A DNA stretch of 53,079 bases from Alistipes sp. UBA943. Lineage in GTDB: Bacteria; Bacteroidota; Bacteroidia; Bacteroidales; Rikenellaceae. Location of the stretch: the NCBI GenBank assembly GCA_002293345.1, contig DBDB01000010.1:1-53079 (forward strand). The letters are read 5' to 3'. The notes beneath the pieces are model-generated. The model was not told the DNA's origin. It made no database searches and saw nothing but the letters and a program-made list of their open reading frames with translations. Of this stretch, positions 50,666 through 53,079 are shown piece by piece. A program made the translations under genes and the position numbers. Positions within the stretch are counted from its first letter, which is position 1. Each line of letters opens with the position of its first letter.

Positions 50666-51670
50666 TTACGCAAAGTAACCCTCCGCGAGACGCTTCTCGT
50701 TCAGTTCCACCACCAGCTTGTGGTCGCTTCCGGAGCCCGAAAGTTTCGACAGAACATGTTTCAGTGCGTCGATAACCGCAATCGGAAGACCCTTCTTGAA
50801 ACCCATCGTACGCATACCCGTGCCGCCCTTGGTCAACTGCTTGACGTTATTCAAACGGGTGTTTAGGTCGGCTTCCGCCGCTGCAGCCAGCGACTTGTAG
50901 ATGGCATCCTCGGTCATGTACTCAGTGATCGTTTTCGTACCGGCCATGAGGTTCTCCAGCAGACCGATCTGAAGCGTCTTGAATGCTTTCAGCGTAATGT
51001 CTGCCGTCTCGGCCAGGTACTGTTGCGTCTGGATCAGTTTCATGTCCGCCGCCATTGCCGCCTGGGCGCTGAAGAATTTAAACTCGTTCTCCAGGTCCTT
51101 GACACTGCGCATGATACGGTAGCTGATCGTCGTTGCGGTGATGGCTTCGGTGCCGAATGTATCCTTCTCCATCAGGCTGGTCGAGGTGGCCGAAAGGAAC
51201 GCAATGACACCCGGTGAGAGACGGATCATCGAGAACGACAAACTGGACGAAGTCTTGGATGACGATTTTGCCGCCTGGGCCACAGAGTCGATCACCTTGC
51301 AGTAGGAATTCACCGCATCCTGACTCAATACCACGGCAGCCATATTCTTTTTTTCCGGTGTCAGCGCCGCATCCTTGTCGTTCGCCTTCGACACAACCTC
51401 TCCGATCGCTTTCAACGAATCTTTTACCACCTGCGCAATTGTATCCAGACTAAATTCACTGGCGTATTCGACTTTGGTTTGTTTCTCGTAATGAATCTCT
51501 GTCGCATCGTCGATGTCGGCACTTTTCAAATGTGCGTCGATCTCGGCGTAAAATTTGGACTCTCCTTCCTTGGCGAGTTGCTCGACCCTCGACTGAAGTT
51601 TTTCCAACTGATCTGTCGCAGCTACCGATTTGGAAGCCGCTACTTGTACCTTTCCTGATCTACATGACAT
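50666..51670 (-). CDS. Hypothetical protein (helical, no recognised family)
   Basis: 334-aa ORF with AT-rich upstream region; Ala/Lys/Ser rich. Confidence 0.7.
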   Translation of the reverse strand: MSCRSGKVQVAASKSVAATDQLEKLQSRVEQLAKEGESKFYAEIDAHLKSADIDDATEIHYEKQTKVEYASEFSLDTIAQVVKDSLKAIGEVVSKANDKDAALTPEKKNMAAVVLSQDAVNSYCKVIDSVAQAAKSSSKTSSSLSFSMIRLSPGVIAFLSATSTSLMEKDTFGTEAITATTISYRIMRSVKDLENEFKFFSAQAAMAADMKLIQTQQYLAETADITLKAFKTLQIGLLENLMAGTKTITEYMTEDAIYKSLAAAAEADLNTRLNNVKQLTKGGTGMRTMGFKKGLPIAVIDALKHVLSKLSGSGSDHKLVVELNEKRLAEGYFA

Positions 51671-51738
51671 AAAAATGTGGTTTTAAGTGATTATTCTGTC
51701 TCTTCTGCACAAAAATTATACCGTTTTTTCACTCCTGC

Positions 51739-51754
51739 TGACATAGGGTTGTCA
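51739..51754. promoter_or_regulatory. Palindromic operator for the WYL regulator (putative)
   Basis: TGACA-N6-TGTCA upstream of TATATTTG (51766-51773) and the YafY-like gene. Confidence 0.6.
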
Positions 51755-51800
51755 ATTGCGATGCGTATATTTGTCTCACGAAGCAACAAAACCTGAACCG

Positions 51801-52952
51801 ATGAACCGTCTCGACCGCATATCCGCCATCCTCGTGCAGCTGCAATCGCGCTCTGTGGTACGTGCCGCCGACGTGGCCGAACGTTTTGACGTGAGCGTGC
51901 GCACGATTTATCGCGACATGCGTACGTTGGAACAGGCCGGTGTGCCGATATGTGGTGACGCAGGGGTCGGGTATTCGCTCGTGGAGGGTTACCGCCTGCC
52001 GCCCCTCATGTTCACCCCCGAGGAGGCGCTTGCGTTCCTCACTGCCGAGAAATTTATCGAGAACCTCACCGACAGCCACAACAGCCACCACTTTCGCAGT
52101 GCGATGGACAAGGTGCGTGCCGTGATGCGCGGCGTACAACGGGATTACGCGGTCGATCTGTCGGAGAAGATTGCCGTACGGCGACGCATCCCCGAGGCGA
52201 AACGCCCCGACCTGTTGCAGACGATCCTGCGCAGCATCAACGACCGCGAGATCCTTGTGATGGACTACACGAATGCAGATAACAGCATCACCGTACGCGA
52301 CATCGAAGCTGTGGGGGTGACATTTTCGCACCCCTACTGGTACCTCACCGCGTGGTGTCACCTGCGTGGCGAGTACCGCACGTTCCGTCTGGACCGCATC
52401 GACCGCCTCACCTCTACCTCGCGACGCCACACGATCGACGAACATCCACCATTAACTAACTATAACAATCAAAAAACCATGAAAATCAGCAACATCGAGG
52501 TCAAACACCTCGACCCGATCGAAGTGATCGCCTTGCAACACGTGGGCGAGTATTCCGGCATCACGTGTGCGTTCGAGCGCATCGTGGAGTGGGCCGGCAA
52601 GAACAACTATTGGCACCTCGGGCCGCGCATGCTGGGTGTGTATCACGACGACCCCGACACAACGTCACCCGACAAACTCCGTTCGAGTGCTGCCCTGGAA
52701 GCGAAACCGGGGATGGAGCCCGGCGATGGGATGACGCGTTACACCGTCACGGGTGGCAAATTTCTCGTGATGCGTGCCGAGGTGACGATGCCCGAGTATG
52801 GCGACGCATGGCAGAAGGTGATGGAGGAGGTCGCATCCCGGGGTTTGCACTGTGACGATCGCGACCACTACGAGGTCTACATCTCCTCCACGGATGCCAC
52901 CCAGGGAGGCGATGCACCATGGATCGTCGAATTCTGCGTTCCGGTTAAATAA
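51801..52952 (+). CDS. YafY-like HTH-WYL regulator, in frame with a GyrI-like domain (second ATG at 52479)
   Basis: FDVSVRTIYRD, LPPLMFT, WYLTAWC..RTFRLDRI; then HVGEY, GVYHDDP, GGKF. Confidence 0.88.
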   Translation: MNRLDRISAILVQLQSRSVVRAADVAERFDVSVRTIYRDMRTLEQAGVPICGDAGVGYSLVEGYRLPPLMFTPEEALAFLTAEKFIENLTDSHNSHHFRSAMDKVRAVMRGVQRDYAVDLSEKIAVRRRIPEAKRPDLLQTILRSINDREILVMDYTNADNSITVRDIEAVGVTFSHPYWYLTAWCHLRGEYRTFRLDRIDRLTSTSRRHTIDEHPPLTNYNNQKTMKISNIEVKHLDPIEVIALQHVGEYSGITCAFERIVEWAGKNNYWHLGPRMLGVYHDDPDTTSPDKLRSSAALEAKPGMEPGDGMTRYTVTGGKFLVMRAEVTMPEYGDAWQKVMEEVASRGLHCDDRDHYEVYISSTDATQGGDAPWIVEFCVPVK

Positions 52953-52974
52953 GTCGAACTTCCTTGTCCCGCCC

Positions 52975-53056
52975 AACTTCCGCCAAGCCGAGAGCAGAGA
53001 CTGCTTGCAGACTATGCCGAGGCGCGAATGGAAGTCGAGCCTCGAAGGGGCGAGAG
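52975..53056. repeat. ~82-bp palindromic element interrupting the tail of cassette 7
   Basis: ACTTCC..GCCGAGAGCAGAGACTGCTTGCAGACTATGCCGAGGC..GGAAGT lies between CCTTGTCCCGCCC and CATTAGATCT. Confidence 0.55.
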
Positions 53057-53079
53057 CATTAGATCTTTATACAACGGAG
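53057..53079 (-). repeat. Variable cassette copy 7: 3' end only, cut by window end
   Basis: CATTAGATCTTTATACAACGGAG is the reverse complement of LRCIKI*TG; rest of tail at 52962-52974. Confidence 0.85.

Overview
53 kb of a Bacteroidota chromosome, most like Rikenellaceae/Alistipes (inferred from gene content and TAnnTTTG promoters). It is mostly housekeeping: uvrA, mutS, nadE, pepT, an OPT transporter, a TPP-riboswitch thiamine uptake operon, an AddAB-like pair, a HEPN-MNT toxin-antitoxin pair, two M23 peptidases, alaS, gpmI, a biotin carboxyltransferase, rfbACDB, a glycyl radical enzyme with its activase, a GH20 enzyme and a WYL regulator. The main unexplained signal is a dispersed family of ~190-200 bp cassettes: 6 complete and 2 cut by the window ends. 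Each encodes only the C-terminal ~63 aa of a Fib_succ_major/C-type-lectin-like domain (LPAxGxR...YW...LRCIKI*). The 5' head and 3' tail are nearly invariant, including non-coding TAATGTAGGGCGG. The middles are hypervariable, yet 5 of the 6 complete copies are still in frame, and none of the complete copies has a credible start codon. This resembles a genome-wide library of silent variable cassettes, either DGR-VR-like or gene-conversion donors; no reverse transcriptase or recombinase is present in the window. Also present: a covarying structured RNA leader in two copies, and palindromic miniature elements inserted in frame into nadE, addA, addB and alaS. All calls come from reading the sequence by eye; no database searches were run.
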